DNA of 64,000 bases from Microbacterium sp. (GCF_047605725.1 NZ_JASGFE010000003.1:13683-77682); one strand, 5' to 3'. Shown: positions 28,596 to 39,078, counted from the first letter of the stretch. Made by a program: numbers and translations. Notes: a model not told the origin generated them from the sequence alone.

Positions 28596-29153
28596 GTGAG
28601 CCGTGTCCTGTTCCACACCGCCGTCACCCTCGACGGCTTCCTCGCCGACCCGGACGACTCCCTCGACTGGCTGTTCTCGGTGCCGGGCAGCGTGGAGGCC
28701 GAGGCCGACCTCACCCCGTTCCTCGACGGCGTGGGCGCCGTGGTCATGGGCTCGACGACCTACGACTGGCTGTGGCGCCACGAGCTGCGCGACGCACCCG
28801 AGCGGTGGCCCGAGTTCTACGCCGAACGCCCCGTGTTCGTCTTCACCGGGCGTGAGCTCCCCCGAGTCCCGGATGCCGACACCCTCCGCTTCGTGTCCGG
28901 CGAGGTCTCAGGGCTCTGGCCCGAGATCGACGCGGCCGCGGGCGACCGCGACGTGTGGATCGTGGGCGGCGGGGACCTCGTCGGACAGTTCGCCGACGCC
29001 GGTCACCTCGACCAGGTGCGGGTGTCGGTCGCGCCGGTCACCCTCGGCGCGGGGCGACCCCTCCTCCCCCGGCGGTTCGGGTCCGAGCGGCTGACGCTGG
29101 AGAGCGTGCGACAGAGCGGGCAGTTCGCCGAGCTCACGTACTCGTTCCGCTGA
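28596..29153 (+). CDS. Dihydrofolate reductase-like (RibD C-terminal) protein
   Basis: AVTLDGFLAD, VMGSTTYDW, VWIVGGG, APVTLGAGRPL. Confidence 0.88.
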   Translation: MSRVLFHTAVTLDGFLADPDDSLDWLFSVPGSVEAEADLTPFLDGVGAVVMGSTTYDWLWRHELRDAPERWPEFYAERPVFVFTGRELPRVPDADTLRFVSGEVSGLWPEIDAAAGDRDVWIVGGGDLVGQFADAGHLDQVRVSVAPVTLGAGRPLLPRRFGSERLTLESVRQSGQFAELTYSFR

Positions 29154-29235
29154 ACCGTTTCGCATCCGGAGCGCGAGGAGAACATCCTCGCCGGCGGTTT
29201 TCGCGATGCGCGCGGCCATGGGTACGGTGGCATCC

Positions 29236-30564
29236 GTGAATCGGCCAGCATCCTCCGTCGCCTCCTCCGGTCCGAGCGCTCGCGCGTGGCTGATCTGGTG
29301 CGTCGGCGCGGCCGCCTACGTGTTGGCCGTCACGAACCGCGCATCGCTGTCGGCGGTGGGCGTGGATGCCGCGGCCCGCTTCGATGCGGATGCCGCCACG
29401 CTGTCGCTGTTCGCGGTGGTGCAGCTGGCGATGTACGGCGGCATGCAGATTCCCGTGGGCGTGCTGCTCGATCGTTACGGATCGCGACCGATCATGACGA
29501 TCGGCATGATGATCATGGCGGTGGGGCAGCTGACGATGGCGCTGTCGCCGAGCGTCGGCATAGCGCTCGTCGCGCGGGTGCTCCTGGGCGCCGGCGACGC
29601 CGCGATCTTCCCCGGCGTGCTGCGGCTCATCGCCACCTGGTTCCCGGCTCAGCGGGGTTCGATGATGGTGCAGCTGACCGGCATCATCGGGCAGGGGGGT
29701 CAGCTTGTCGCGCTGATCCCCGTCGCCGCCCTCCTGCACGCGACGAGCTGGTCCGTCACCTTCGGCAGCGTCGCGGGCCTGGCCGCGCTGTTCACCGTGC
29801 TCCTGTTCGTCCTCATCCGCAACAATCCAGCCGGTGCCGCGCGCGACGTCAGCATCGACACCGATACCGGGGCGGTGCGCGTGGTCACCTCGGCGATCCA
29901 GGTCGAGCCCGGCGGCATCCGCGCCGCCTGGGCGCACCCGGGCACCCGGCTTGCCTTCTGGTCGCACTTCACGACGCCGTTCGCAGGCACCGCGTTCGTC
30001 CTCCTGTGGGGCATGCCGTTCCTCACCGCCGGTGAGGGACTCACCTCGGCCGACGCTGCGGCCATCGCAGCGACCTCGGTCCTTGTCGGCATGGTCCTCG
30101 GCCCCATCGTGGGCGATCTGTCCCGCCGTATCCCGCACCGGCGGTCGCGGGCGCTGGTGCTGCCCGCCGTCGGCGTCCAGGCGGCCGCGTGGCTCGCCGT
30201 GATCTGCTGGCCCGGGCACGCTCCGCTGTGGCTCCTGTATGCGCTCGCCGTCGCGCTTGCCACGGGCGGACCGGCATCCATGATCGCCTTCGACCACGCC
30301 CGCACGTACAACCCGGAGCACCGCTTGTCCACCGCGACCGGCGTCACCAATGCCGGAGGATTCCTCGCCGCGCTGGTCGCGATCTTCCTCATCGGTCTCG
30401 CCCTCGATCTGCAGGGCGCGGGATCACCCGCGACCTTCCGGCTCGACGCGTTCCGCATCGCCTTCCTCACGCAGGTGCCGCTGTGGGCGGTGGGCGCGAC
30501 CTTCATCGTCATCGAGCGTAAGCGCACGCGCATCCGACTCGGGATGGACGGACCGCGCTCCTGA
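29236..30564 (+). CDS. MFS transporter
   Basis: MQIPVGVLLDRYGSR motif, about 12 TM segments. Confidence 0.88.
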   Translation: MNRPASSVASSGPSARAWLIWCVGAAAYVLAVTNRASLSAVGVDAAARFDADAATLSLFAVVQLAMYGGMQIPVGVLLDRYGSRPIMTIGMMIMAVGQLTMALSPSVGIALVARVLLGAGDAAIFPGVLRLIATWFPAQRGSMMVQLTGIIGQGGQLVALIPVAALLHATSWSVTFGSVAGLAALFTVLLFVLIRNNPAGAARDVSIDTDTGAVRVVTSAIQVEPGGIRAAWAHPGTRLAFWSHFTTPFAGTAFVLLWGMPFLTAGEGLTSADAAAIAATSVLVGMVLGPIVGDLSRRIPHRRSRALVLPAVGVQAAAWLAVICWPGHAPLWLLYALAVALATGGPASMIAFDHARTYNPEHRLSTATGVTNAGGFLAALVAIFLIGLALDLQGAGSPATFRLDAFRIAFLTQVPLWAVGATFIVIERKRTRIRLGMDGPRS

Positions 30565-30578
30565 CTCCAGCGTGCTTC

Positions 30579-30609
30579 CATAAGCCAGATTATGTATAAT
30601 CGGCTTATG
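30579..30609. promoter_or_regulatory. MarR operator overlapping TATAAT -10 and the start codon
   Basis: CATAAGCC-AGATTAT-GT-ATAATC-GGCTTATG long dyad. Confidence 0.7.
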
Positions 30610-31065
30610 AAGATGGATGCCGCGACAGTCACCGCCACCGACGAGACCGCCATCCGCTTCACCCTCGTCGTGGAACGCCTTGTGCGCCATCTGCGCGCGG
30701 TCGCCTCCGCCGACGGCATGTCCACGACGGCTTCGTCGGTGCTCGCACGGCTCCGCGACTCCGGGCCGCAGCGCATCACCGTCCTCGCGCGCAGCGAGGG
30801 CGTCTCGCAGCCGGCGCTGACCCAGCTCGCCGATCGCCTGGTCACCGAGGGCTACGCCGTGCGGGTCTCCTCCCCCGACGACGGTCGCGTCGTGCTGGTC
30901 GACGTCACGGCGCACGGGCTCGCCGCCCTCGAGCAGCGCCACCACGATCGCGTCGCCCGCCTCGATGCGCTGGTCGCCGGCCTCGGCGACGACGACCGCG
31001 CGGCGCTCGAGGCCGCCCTTCCTGCGCTCGAGCGGCTGGTCGACATCGCTGCCGCGCGCAAGTGA
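30607..31065 (+). CDS. MarR family regulator (probably leaderless)
   Basis: GPQRITVLARSEGVSQPALT, DDGRVVLV winged-HTH. Confidence 0.9.
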   Translation: MKMDAATVTATDETAIRFTLVVERLVRHLRAVASADGMSTTASSVLARLRDSGPQRITVLARSEGVSQPALTQLADRLVTEGYAVRVSSPDDGRVVLVDVTAHGLAALEQRHHDRVARLDALVAGLGDDDRAALEAALPALERLVDIAAARK

Positions 31066-31111
31066 ACTCACTTCTTTCATCGATCCGTACGACAAGAGAG
31101 GAGCGTTCCGA

Positions 31112-32782
31112 GTGAACGCATCGCACGGCTCCGGTTCGAGCCTGCTGAGACAACCCCGCGCGGTGTGGGCCGTGGCCTTCGCCTGCGTCATCTCCTTCAT
31201 GGGGATCGGCCTCGTCGACCCGATCCTGCCCGCGCTCGCCGAGGGACTGGAGGCCTCACCGGCCGAGGTCTCACTGCTGTTCACGAGCTACCTGCTCGTC
31301 ACGGCGATCGCGATGCTCGGCGTCGGCTGGGTCTCCAGCCGCATCGGCTCGAAGTCTTCGCTCGTCGTCGGGCTCGCCCTCATCGTCGTGTTCGCCGCGC
31401 TCGCGGGCGCCTCCGAAACCGTCTCGGGCATCATCGGCTTCCGCGGCGGGTGGGGCCTGGGGAACGCGCTGTTCATCGCGACGAGCCTCGCCGTGATCGT
31501 GGCATCCGCCCGCGGCGGGTTCTCCGGCGCGATCGTGCTGTACGAGGCGGCGCTCGGCCTCGGCATCGCTGCGGGTCCTCTCGTCGGCGGACTTCTCGGC
31601 TCGATCAGCTGGCGGGGACCGTTCTTCGGTGTCGCGGTGCTCATGGCGATCGCGCTCGTGGCGACCCTGCTGTTCGTGCCGAAACTCCCTAAGCCGGAGC
31701 AGAAGCTGCCGCTGCGCGCACCGCTGGTCGCCCTCAAGCATCGGGGCCTGCTCACGATGGGCCTGGTCGCCCTGCTCTACAACTGGGGCTTCTTCACGAT
31801 GCTCGGCTACGCGCCTTATCCGATGCACCTGGAGGCCATGCAGCTGGGCCTCGTCTTCACCGGCTGGGGCCTGCTGGTCGCGATCTTCGCCGTGCTCCTC
31901 GCACCGATGCTGCAGCGCCGCTTCGGCACCGCGGCCGTGCTGTACGCGAACCTCCTCGGGCTCGGCATCGTCATGGTCGTCATCGCCATGAACATCGACC
32001 ATCCCGCGGTCGTCGTGGTCGCCGTCATCGCCAGCGGCGCGTTCATCGGCATCAACAACACCCTGACGACCCAGGCGGTCATGATGGTCTCGCCCGTCGA
32101 GCGGTCGGTGGCATCCTCCGCATACGGCTTCGTGCGCTTCCTCGGCGGAGGTCTGGCGCCCTTCGTCGCGGGGAAGATCGCGGAGGCGACCGGCGAGAGC
32201 ATGTCGTTCCTCGTCGGGGGTGTCGCCTTCCTGATCGCGATCCCGGTGCTGGCATCCGGTCATCGGTTCATCACCGCTGCAGAGAAGGCGGCCGAGCAGG
32301 ATGCCGGTGAGACGGTCGCCACGTCAGCGGTGGAGGTCATCCGGCCGATCGGCACCACCGCCGCGCCACCGGTCGTGGTCGCCGTGGGGTCGAGGGCGTC
32401 GGCATCCGCCGTCGTAGACGAGGCCGCCGCGATCGCCCGCCGCGAGGGAGCACCCCTGGAGCTCGTGCACGTGCGCGTGACGACCGTGGTGGCCGACCTC
32501 GCGATCACCCCGGAGTCGGAGGAGGATGCCGCCGACGCGATCCGCGAGCAGGTCGAACGCGTCAGCGACGGCGGCCTCGTCGTGCGCGGCCTCCTGCTGC
32601 ACAGCCTCGGCGACCGCGGCGCCACCGCGGCAGCTCTGGCCCGGCACGCGCAGAGCGTCGGCGCGAGCACGTTCGTGATCGGCCGCGCCGCCGGCGACTA
32701 CCTCTCCAAGCCCCTGCTGGCCGCCTTCGAGGGGGCGCCCCAGCGCTTGGTCATGGTCGAGGCCGACGCCGTGGGAGCGTGA
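31112..32782 (+). CDS. MFS transporter with C-terminal USP-like domain
   Basis: SFMGIGLVDPILP, YEAALGLG, YGFVRFLGG; C-terminal VVVAVG...LELVHV...FVIG. Confidence 0.82.
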   Translation: MNASHGSGSSLLRQPRAVWAVAFACVISFMGIGLVDPILPALAEGLEASPAEVSLLFTSYLLVTAIAMLGVGWVSSRIGSKSSLVVGLALIVVFAALAGASETVSGIIGFRGGWGLGNALFIATSLAVIVASARGGFSGAIVLYEAALGLGIAAGPLVGGLLGSISWRGPFFGVAVLMAIALVATLLFVPKLPKPEQKLPLRAPLVALKHRGLLTMGLVALLYNWGFFTMLGYAPYPMHLEAMQLGLVFTGWGLLVAIFAVLLAPMLQRRFGTAAVLYANLLGLGIVMVVIAMNIDHPAVVVVAVIASGAFIGINNTLTTQAVMMVSPVERSVASSAYGFVRFLGGGLAPFVAGKIAEATGESMSFLVGGVAFLIAIPVLASGHRFITAAEKAAEQDAGETVATSAVEVIRPIGTTAAPPVVVAVGSRASASAVVDEAAAIARREGAPLELVHVRVTTVVADLAITPESEEDAADAIREQVERVSDGGLVVRGLLLHSLGDRGATAAALARHAQSVGASTFVIGRAAGDYLSKPLLAAFEGAPQRLVMVEADAVGA

Positions 32783-32993
32783 GACCGACCGCGCTCACGT
32801 GCGCGGCGCCGGCATCCGTCGACCTGGCCCGAAGCGCCGCCGGACGCGACTCCGGCGACCAGATGCGCCAAGCCAGCCGGGTAGGGCCCGCTTCGCTGGG
32901 CGCATCCTGCCGCTTTCGGCCCCGCAGACGACACAACGGGCCAAGCGAAGCGCTTACGAACGCCTCCCGGATCCCGCGGCGTAGGGTGAAACA

Positions 32994-33617
32994 GTGGCCA
33001 TCTTCGCCGACCGGGTCGATGCGGGCAGGCAGCTCGCAGCGACGCTGACAGCGTGGCGAGGGACGGATGCCGTGGTCCTCGGCATTCCGCGCGGAGGGGT
33101 CGTGGTCGCCGCGGAGGTCGCGCGGACGCTGCAGCTCCCACTGGGCGTCGCCGTCGCGCGCAAGCTCGGCGTGCCCTGGCACGAGGAGCTTGCGCTCGGC
33201 GCCATCGCCGACGGCGTGCGCGTCGTGAGTCCCGACGCGGTGCGCGGCAGCGGCGTGACCCCCGAGCAGCTGGCATTCGTCGAGGACGTCGAACGCGTGG
33301 AGCTGCGCCGCCGCGAGGAGCTGTTCGGCACGACGCTCGACCAGGTACGTGGACGCACCGCGATCGTCGTCGACGACGGCGTCGCGACCGGGGCCACCGC
33401 GACAGCGGCGTGCCAGGCGGTCCGTACACAGGGGGCCGTGCGCGTCGTGCTGGCCGTACCCGTTGCGCCCGCGCGATGGCGCAGCGAGGCCGGAGTCATC
33501 GACGAGGTCGTGTGCCTCCACCGCGAGGAGGACTTCTGGTCGGTCGGCCAGTTCTACGACGACTTCAGCCAGATCGCCGACGCCGAGGTCGTGCACCTGC
33601 TCGCCGGCAGCCACTGA
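32994..33617 (+). CDS. Phosphoribosyltransferase family protein
   Basis: FADRVDAGRQLA, LGIPRGGV, IVVDDGVATGAT. Confidence 0.9.
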   Translation: MAIFADRVDAGRQLAATLTAWRGTDAVVLGIPRGGVVVAAEVARTLQLPLGVAVARKLGVPWHEELALGAIADGVRVVSPDAVRGSGVTPEQLAFVEDVERVELRRREELFGTTLDQVRGRTAIVVDDGVATGATATAACQAVRTQGAVRVVLAVPVAPARWRSEAGVIDEVVCLHREEDFWSVGQFYDDFSQIADAEVVHLLAGSH

Positions 33618-33637
33618 CACCCTCGAGTGCAGCTGCG

Positions 33638-35314
33638 TCAGCGGGGCGTGAGCGCCATCCTCAGGGTGTCGAGTCCGACCCCGCCCAGGCGAAGTGCCCT
33701 CATGTGGAAGCGCTTGATGTCGAAGTCGTCGCCGGCGGCCTCGCGGCACTCTTCGCGGATCTGCTCCCAGATGCGCTGCCCGACCTTGTAGGAGGGCGCC
33801 TGCCCCGGCCAGCCGAGGTAGCGATTGACCTCGAAGCGGATGAACTCGTCGGGCATGTTGACGTTGCGTCGCATGAACTCCAGTGCATAGCCCGCGTCCC
33901 AGACCCCGTCGCCGCTCGGGCGGGACTTCTGCAGGTGCACGCCGATATCGAGCACGACCCGGGCGGCCCGCATCCGCTGACCGTCGAGCATCCCCAGCCG
34001 GTCGGCAGGGTCGTCGAGGTAGCCGAGCTGCTCCATCAGCCGCTCCGCGTACAGCGCCCAGCCCTCCGCGTGGCCGCTCGTGCCGGCGAGCAGTCGCCGC
34101 CACGTGTTCAGCTCGGCGCGGTTGTAGACGGCCTGGGCGATCTGCAGGTGGTGTCCGGGAACGCCCTCGTGATAGACCGTGGTGAGCTCGCGCCACGTGT
34201 CGAACGAGGTCACGCCCTCCGGCACCGACCACCACATGCGACCGGGACGCGAGAAGTCGTCGGTGGGCCCGGTGTAGTAGATGCCGCCCTCGTGGGTCGG
34301 GGCGATCATGCACTCCAGCCGGCGGATGGGCTCCGGAATGTCGAAATGGGTGCGGCCGAGCTCGGCGACCGCACGGTCGCTGGTCTCCTGCATCCACCGC
34401 TGCAGCGCCTGGGTGCCGTGGAGCTTGCGGGAGGAATCGGTCTCCAGGAACGCGACGGCCTCTCCGACGGATGCCCCGGGCAGGATCTCGCCGGCGATCT
34501 GCACCTGCTCGGCGACCATGCGGGCGAGCTCCTCGACGCCCCACTCGTAGGTCTCGTCCAGGTCGATCCGGGCGCCGAGGAAGCGGCGGGAGTGCAACGC
34601 GTACAGGTCGCGCCCGACCGCGTCGGTCTCGCTCGCCGCCGGTGCGAGCTCGTCGCGCAGGAACAGCGCCAGTGCGTCGTACGCCGCGCGCGCCGCATCG
34701 GCGTGGTCGCCGAGCTCGCGCATGAGCGATGCCGGCAGCTCCCCCTCGTCCGGGGCCGCGTCGCCGACGAACGAGGCGAAGAAGCCGTCGTCGGCCGTGT
34801 AGCGCGCGATCTGGTCGACCACCTCCACGACCTGCCGGCGAGCGGGGACGACACCCGTCGCAATGCCCTGCCGGAGGGTGGCGGCGTAGCCCTCGAGTGC
34901 ACTGGGCAGGGCGGCGAGCCGCGTCGAGACGACCGACCAGTCGTCGACGGTGGCGGTGGGCATGAGGTCGAAGACGCTCCGCAGATCCTGTGCGGGCGAG
35001 GCGATGACATTGACGTCGCGCAGCGCGCTCTGCGCCTCGTGCAGCTCGACCGACAGGCGCAGCTCGCCCAGAAGGTCGGTCTTGGTCAACTCGTCGACCT
35101 CGTCGATCGCCTCCGCCGCCTCGAGCGCGGCGATCGTCGCGGTGGTCGCCGCCAGCGACCTGTCGATGCCTTCCGGGGAGAGATCGTCGAGCCGGTCGTT
35201 GTACTCGAACCGGCCGATGTAGGTGGCGGTCGTCGGCGAGAGCGCGGCGACCGTGTCGACCCAGGCGTCGGCGATGCGGTCGATGGGCGTCGAGGGGCGC
35301 GGCGTGTCCGTCAT
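33638..35314 (-). CDS. DUF885 family metallopeptidase-like protein
   Basis: YHEGVPGHHLQ, EGWALYAE, WPGQAPSYKVG. Confidence 0.9.
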   Translation of the reverse strand: MTDTPRPSTPIDRIADAWVDTVAALSPTTATYIGRFEYNDRLDDLSPEGIDRSLAATTATIAALEAAEAIDEVDELTKTDLLGELRLSVELHEAQSALRDVNVIASPAQDLRSVFDLMPTATVDDWSVVSTRLAALPSALEGYAATLRQGIATGVVPARRQVVEVVDQIARYTADDGFFASFVGDAAPDEGELPASLMRELGDHADAARAAYDALALFLRDELAPAASETDAVGRDLYALHSRRFLGARIDLDETYEWGVEELARMVAEQVQIAGEILPGASVGEAVAFLETDSSRKLHGTQALQRWMQETSDRAVAELGRTHFDIPEPIRRLECMIAPTHEGGIYYTGPTDDFSRPGRMWWSVPEGVTSFDTWRELTTVYHEGVPGHHLQIAQAVYNRAELNTWRRLLAGTSGHAEGWALYAERLMEQLGYLDDPADRLGMLDGQRMRAARVVLDIGVHLQKSRPSGDGVWDAGYALEFMRRNVNMPDEFIRFEVNRYLGWPGQAPSYKVGQRIWEQIREECREAAGDDFDIKRFHMRALRLGGVGLDTLRMALTPR

Positions 35315-35342
35315 CCTCCGAGCGTAACCGGAGGCCCCGGGC

Positions 35343-37982
35343 TCAGTGCCCGGCCTCGTTCCAGTCGCCACCGCGACCGATCTGCACGTCGAGGGGCACC
35401 GAGAGCTCTGCCGCATCGCCCATGCGCGCACGGACGATCTCCTCGGTGGCATGCCACTCCCCCGGTGCGACCTCGACGACGAGCTCGTCATGGATCTGCA
35501 TCAGGACTCTGGAGCGCAGGTTCGCCGCCCGCAGCTCGCCATGGATGCGGAACAGGGCGATCTTCATGATGTCGGCGGCACTGCCCTGGATCGGGGCGTT
35601 CAGCGCCGCGCGCTCGGCGTTCTCCCGTAGCACTCGGTTGGGACTGGCCAGATCCGGGAACGGTCGTCGCCGCCCGAAGATCGTCTCGGTGTACCCGTCG
35701 ATGCGGGCCTGCTCGACGCTGGCACGCAGGTAGTCGCGCACCGCACCGAAACGCGCGAAATACTCCAGCATGAGCTGCTTGGCCTCGGCCTGCTCGATGC
35801 GCAGCTGCTTCGACAGCCCGAAGGCCGACAGGCCGTAGACGAGGCCGTACGACATGGCCTTCACCTTCGTGCGCATCGCCGGTGTCACCTCGCCCGGGGC
35901 GACCCCGAACACGCGCGCACCGACGAAACGGTGCAGATCCTCTCCCGAGTTGAACGCCTCGATGAGCCCGGGGTCCTCGGACAGGTGCGCCATGATGCGC
36001 ATCTCGATCTGCGAGTAGTCCGCCGTGAGCAGCGTCTCGTACTTCGCGCCCGCCTCGAACGCAGCGCGGATGCGTCTGCTCTCCTCGGTGCGCACCGGGA
36101 TGTTCTGCAGGTTCGGGTCGGTGCTGGAGAGCCGACCGGTCTGGCTGCCGGTCTGCAGGTACGTCGTGTGCACGCGCCCGTCGGACGCGATCGCCGTGTC
36201 GAGCGATTCGATGATCTGACGCAGCTTGGTCGCCTCGCGGTAGCGCAGCAGCAGGTCGAGAAACGGATGCGGGTGGCTCTCCTGCAGGTCGGCGAGGACG
36301 GCGGCATCCGTCGAATACCCGGTCTTGGTCTTGCGGGTCTTCGGCAGCAGCAGCTGCTCGAACAGCACCTCTTGCAACTGCTTGGGCGAGCCGAGGTTCA
36401 CCTCCCGGCCGATCGTGGCGTATGCGTCCTGCGCGATCGCGTCGGCGCGCTCGCCCAGCTCGGTCGAGAACGCGGAGAGCTTCGCGTGCGAGACCGCGAC
36501 GCCGGCCAGCTCCATGTCGGCGAGCGCGTCGAGGGTGGGCAGCTCGATGTCGGTGAGCACGGATGCCACCGACACCGGAAGCTCGGCCCTGACCGCATCT
36601 GCGACGCGGAGCAGATACCACGACAGCTGACCCGGCGTCGCGCCCTCGGTCTCGGGCACGAGCTGGGCAGGATCGGCCTCGGGAAGTCTCTCGTCGAGGT
36701 AGCGGTCGACCAGATCGGCCAGACCCTTGTCGGGGAAGCTGGGGCGCAGCAGCCAGCCGGCCAGGATCGGGTCGAAGACGAGCCCGCGCAGGCGCACCCC
36801 GGCCCGGCGGAGCGCCTTCACCTGCGGCTTGGCGTCGGCGATGACCTTCGGCGCGTCGCCTTCCAGCCAGTCGCTGAGCGCAGCAGCGAGCTCCGGCGTC
36901 CACGTCGCCTCGACGGCGGTCTCGGCGGTCGCGAGGCCGATCCGATGAGGCATCCCGCCCTCGATCGTGAGCGTGACGCCGACCTCGCCCGCGGCGGCCG
37001 CCGCCCACGACGCCACGCCCGCGGCGTCGGGCTCGGCCGGTGTCGGTGCCGCCTGTGCGGGCGCCGACGAGGCCGCAGCCATCGCGGGGTCCGCCCCGGC
37101 GGCCTCGAACACGCGCGGCAGGAGCGTACGGAACTCGAGGCGGGCGAAGATGTCGCGGACGGCCTGGGCATCGATGGGCTGGACCGCGAGGTCGGCGGGC
37201 CCGACCCCGAGCTCGACGTCGCGCAGCAGCCGGTTCAGCGCCCGGTTGCGGCGGACGTCGTCGAGATGCTCGCGCAGGTTGCCGCCGACGACGCCCTTGA
37301 TCTCGTCGGCGCGCTCCAGGAGCGCGTCGAGCGAGCCGAACTGGGTGAGCCACTTGACCGCCGTCTTCTCGCCGACCTTCGGCACGCCCGGCAGGTTGTC
37401 GCTCGTCTCGCCCACGAGGGCGGCGATGTCGGGATAGTTGTGCGGAGGCAGGCCGTACTTCTCCAGGACGGTCTCGGGCGTGTAGCGGCGCAGCTGCGAC
37501 ACGCCCTGAACGCTCGGGTAGAGCAGTGTGACACGGTCGGTGACGAGCTGGATCGTGTCCCGGTCGCCGGAGCACACCAGCACGTCGTAACCGAGTTCGG
37601 CTCCCTGCGTGGCGAGGGTGGCGAGGATGTCATCGGCCTCGACATCCTCCTTCGTGAGCACCGGCACGCTCATCGCCGCCAGGCACTCCTGCAGCAGCGG
37701 GATCTGACCCTTGAACTCGGCCGGCGACTCGGACCGGTTCGCCTTGTACTCGGCGTACTCGCGGGTGCGGAACGAGTACCGCGAGGTGTCGAACGCGACC
37801 GCCAGGTGGGTCGGCCGCTCCGCCTTGACGAGATTCACGAACATCGAGAGGAAGCCGTAGATGCCGTTGGTGTGCTGGCCGTCCTTCGTGGTGAAGTTGT
37901 CCACCGGGAGCGCGAAGAACGCACGGTATGCCAGGGAGTGGCCGTCAACGACCAGAAGGGTAGGCTTTGCGGAGTCCGTCAC
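35343..37982 (-). CDS. polA: DNA polymerase I
   Basis: DGHSLAYRAF 5'-exonuclease; ADYSQIEMR, KAMSYGLVYG, QIHDEL. Confidence 0.97.
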   Translation of the reverse strand: MTDSAKPTLLVVDGHSLAYRAFFALPVDNFTTKDGQHTNGIYGFLSMFVNLVKAERPTHLAVAFDTSRYSFRTREYAEYKANRSESPAEFKGQIPLLQECLAAMSVPVLTKEDVEADDILATLATQGAELGYDVLVCSGDRDTIQLVTDRVTLLYPSVQGVSQLRRYTPETVLEKYGLPPHNYPDIAALVGETSDNLPGVPKVGEKTAVKWLTQFGSLDALLERADEIKGVVGGNLREHLDDVRRNRALNRLLRDVELGVGPADLAVQPIDAQAVRDIFARLEFRTLLPRVFEAAGADPAMAAASSAPAQAAPTPAEPDAAGVASWAAAAAGEVGVTLTIEGGMPHRIGLATAETAVEATWTPELAAALSDWLEGDAPKVIADAKPQVKALRRAGVRLRGLVFDPILAGWLLRPSFPDKGLADLVDRYLDERLPEADPAQLVPETEGATPGQLSWYLLRVADAVRAELPVSVASVLTDIELPTLDALADMELAGVAVSHAKLSAFSTELGERADAIAQDAYATIGREVNLGSPKQLQEVLFEQLLLPKTRKTKTGYSTDAAVLADLQESHPHPFLDLLLRYREATKLRQIIESLDTAIASDGRVHTTYLQTGSQTGRLSSTDPNLQNIPVRTEESRRIRAAFEAGAKYETLLTADYSQIEMRIMAHLSEDPGLIEAFNSGEDLHRFVGARVFGVAPGEVTPAMRTKVKAMSYGLVYGLSAFGLSKQLRIEQAEAKQLMLEYFARFGAVRDYLRASVEQARIDGYTETIFGRRRPFPDLASPNRVLRENAERAALNAPIQGSAADIMKIALFRIHGELRAANLRSRVLMQIHDELVVEVAPGEWHATEEIVRARMGDAAELSVPLDVQIGRGGDWNEAGH

Positions 37983-37988
37983 CCTGTC

Positions 37989-38010
37989 AGCCTAGCCAGG
38001 GGCGGCGACA
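37989..38010 (-). promoter_or_regulatory. Candidate PafBC-type promoter of polA
   Basis: TGTCGC-N10-TAGGCT, 6 nt upstream of the GTG start. Confidence 0.45.
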
Positions 38011-38036
38011 CCCCGATCGACCGAGCGGAGCGCACG

Positions 38037-38489
38037 ATGGCAGCCGACCCCTCCCCCGTCGACGGACTGGCCTGGGCGGAGCGTCGAGGGCTCGGCGCTC
38101 TCGCCGAGAAGATGGGCATGCGCCTCGTGGAGTTCTCCGTGGAGCGCTCGGTCGCCACGATCCCGGTGGCGGGCAACACCCAGCCGGTCGGCCTGCTGCA
38201 CGGAGGGGCGTACGTCGTGCTCGGCGAGTCTCTGGGGTCGATGGCGGCCAATCTGTACGCCGGTGCCGGGCGCCTCGCCGTGGGAGTGGACATCAACGCC
38301 ACGCACACCCGCTCGGCCACGAGCGGGATCGTGACCGGCGTGTGCACGCCGATCCACCTCGGCCGCACGATGACGGTGCACGAGATCGTCGTGACCGACG
38401 ATCAGGGGCGGCGCTGCTCGACGATCCGGATCACCAACCTGATCAGGGAGGAGTCCGTCAGCTCTTCTTCGGGGCGAGCTGCTCGATGA
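38037..38489 (+). CDS. PaaI-like hotdog-fold thioesterase
   Basis: GNTQPVGLLHGGAYVVLGE.LGS, VGVDINATH. Confidence 0.9.
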   Translation: MAADPSPVDGLAWAERRGLGALAEKMGMRLVEFSVERSVATIPVAGNTQPVGLLHGGAYVVLGESLGSMAANLYAGAGRLAVGVDINATHTRSATSGIVTGVCTPIHLGRTMTVHEIVVTDDQGRRCSTIRITNLIREESVSSSSGRAAR

Positions 38490-39078
38490 TGGCCTTCGCG
38501 ACATCCTGCATCGTCAGGCGGCGGTCCATGGATGCCTTCTGGATCCAGCGGAACGCCTCCGGCTCGGTCAGGCCCATCTTCTCGTTGAGAAGCCCCTTCG
38601 CGCGGTCGACGAGCTTGCGGGTCTCGAAGCGCTCGACCATGTCGGCGACCTCCGCCTCCAGGGCGATGATCTGGTCGTGACGAGCCAGGGCGATCTCGAT
38701 CGCCGGCAGCAGGTCGCTCGGCGTGAACGGCTTCACGACGTAGGCCAGTGCACCGGCCTCGCTGGCGCGCTCGACGAGCTCCTTCTGACTGAAGGCGGTG
38801 AGCAGCACCACCGGTGCGATGCGCGCCCGGCTCAGCTTCTCGGCCGCGGAGATCCCGTCGAGCACCGGCATCTTGACGTCCATGATGACAAGGTCGGGAC
38901 GCAGCTCGGTGGCCAGCTGCACGGCCGTCTCACCGTCGCCCGCCTCGCCGACGACATCGAACCCGTTGTCCCGGAGGATCTCGGTGATGTCGAGACGGAT
39001 GAGCGACTCGTCTTCGGCGACGACGACGCGGCGCGGGGCGGCGGCAGTGGAGGCGGCGGTGGGCTCTGACTCTGTCAC
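38458..39078 (-). CDS. ANTAR-domain response regulator (PdtaR-like)
   Basis: AEDE, MDVKMP receiver; RKLVDRAKGLL...SMDRR ANTAR. Confidence 0.92.
   Translation of the reverse strand: MTESEPTAASTAAAPRRVVVAEDESLIRLDITEILRDNGFDVVGEAGDGETAVQLATELRPDLVIMDVKMPVLDGISAAEKLSRARIAPVVLLTAFSQKELVERASEAGALAYVVKPFTPSDLLPAIEIALARHDQIIALEAEVADMVERFETRKLVDRAKGLLNEKMGLTEPEAFRWIQKASMDRRLTMQDVAKAIIEQLAPKKS

Noticed and set aside
35931-38036. Long N-terminal extensions predicted for thioesterase, lnt, trpA, fmt, rsmB, hisI, pyk and rpoZ
   Set aside because: Artefacts of the longest-ORF track; downstream starts match family N-termini and operon overlaps.
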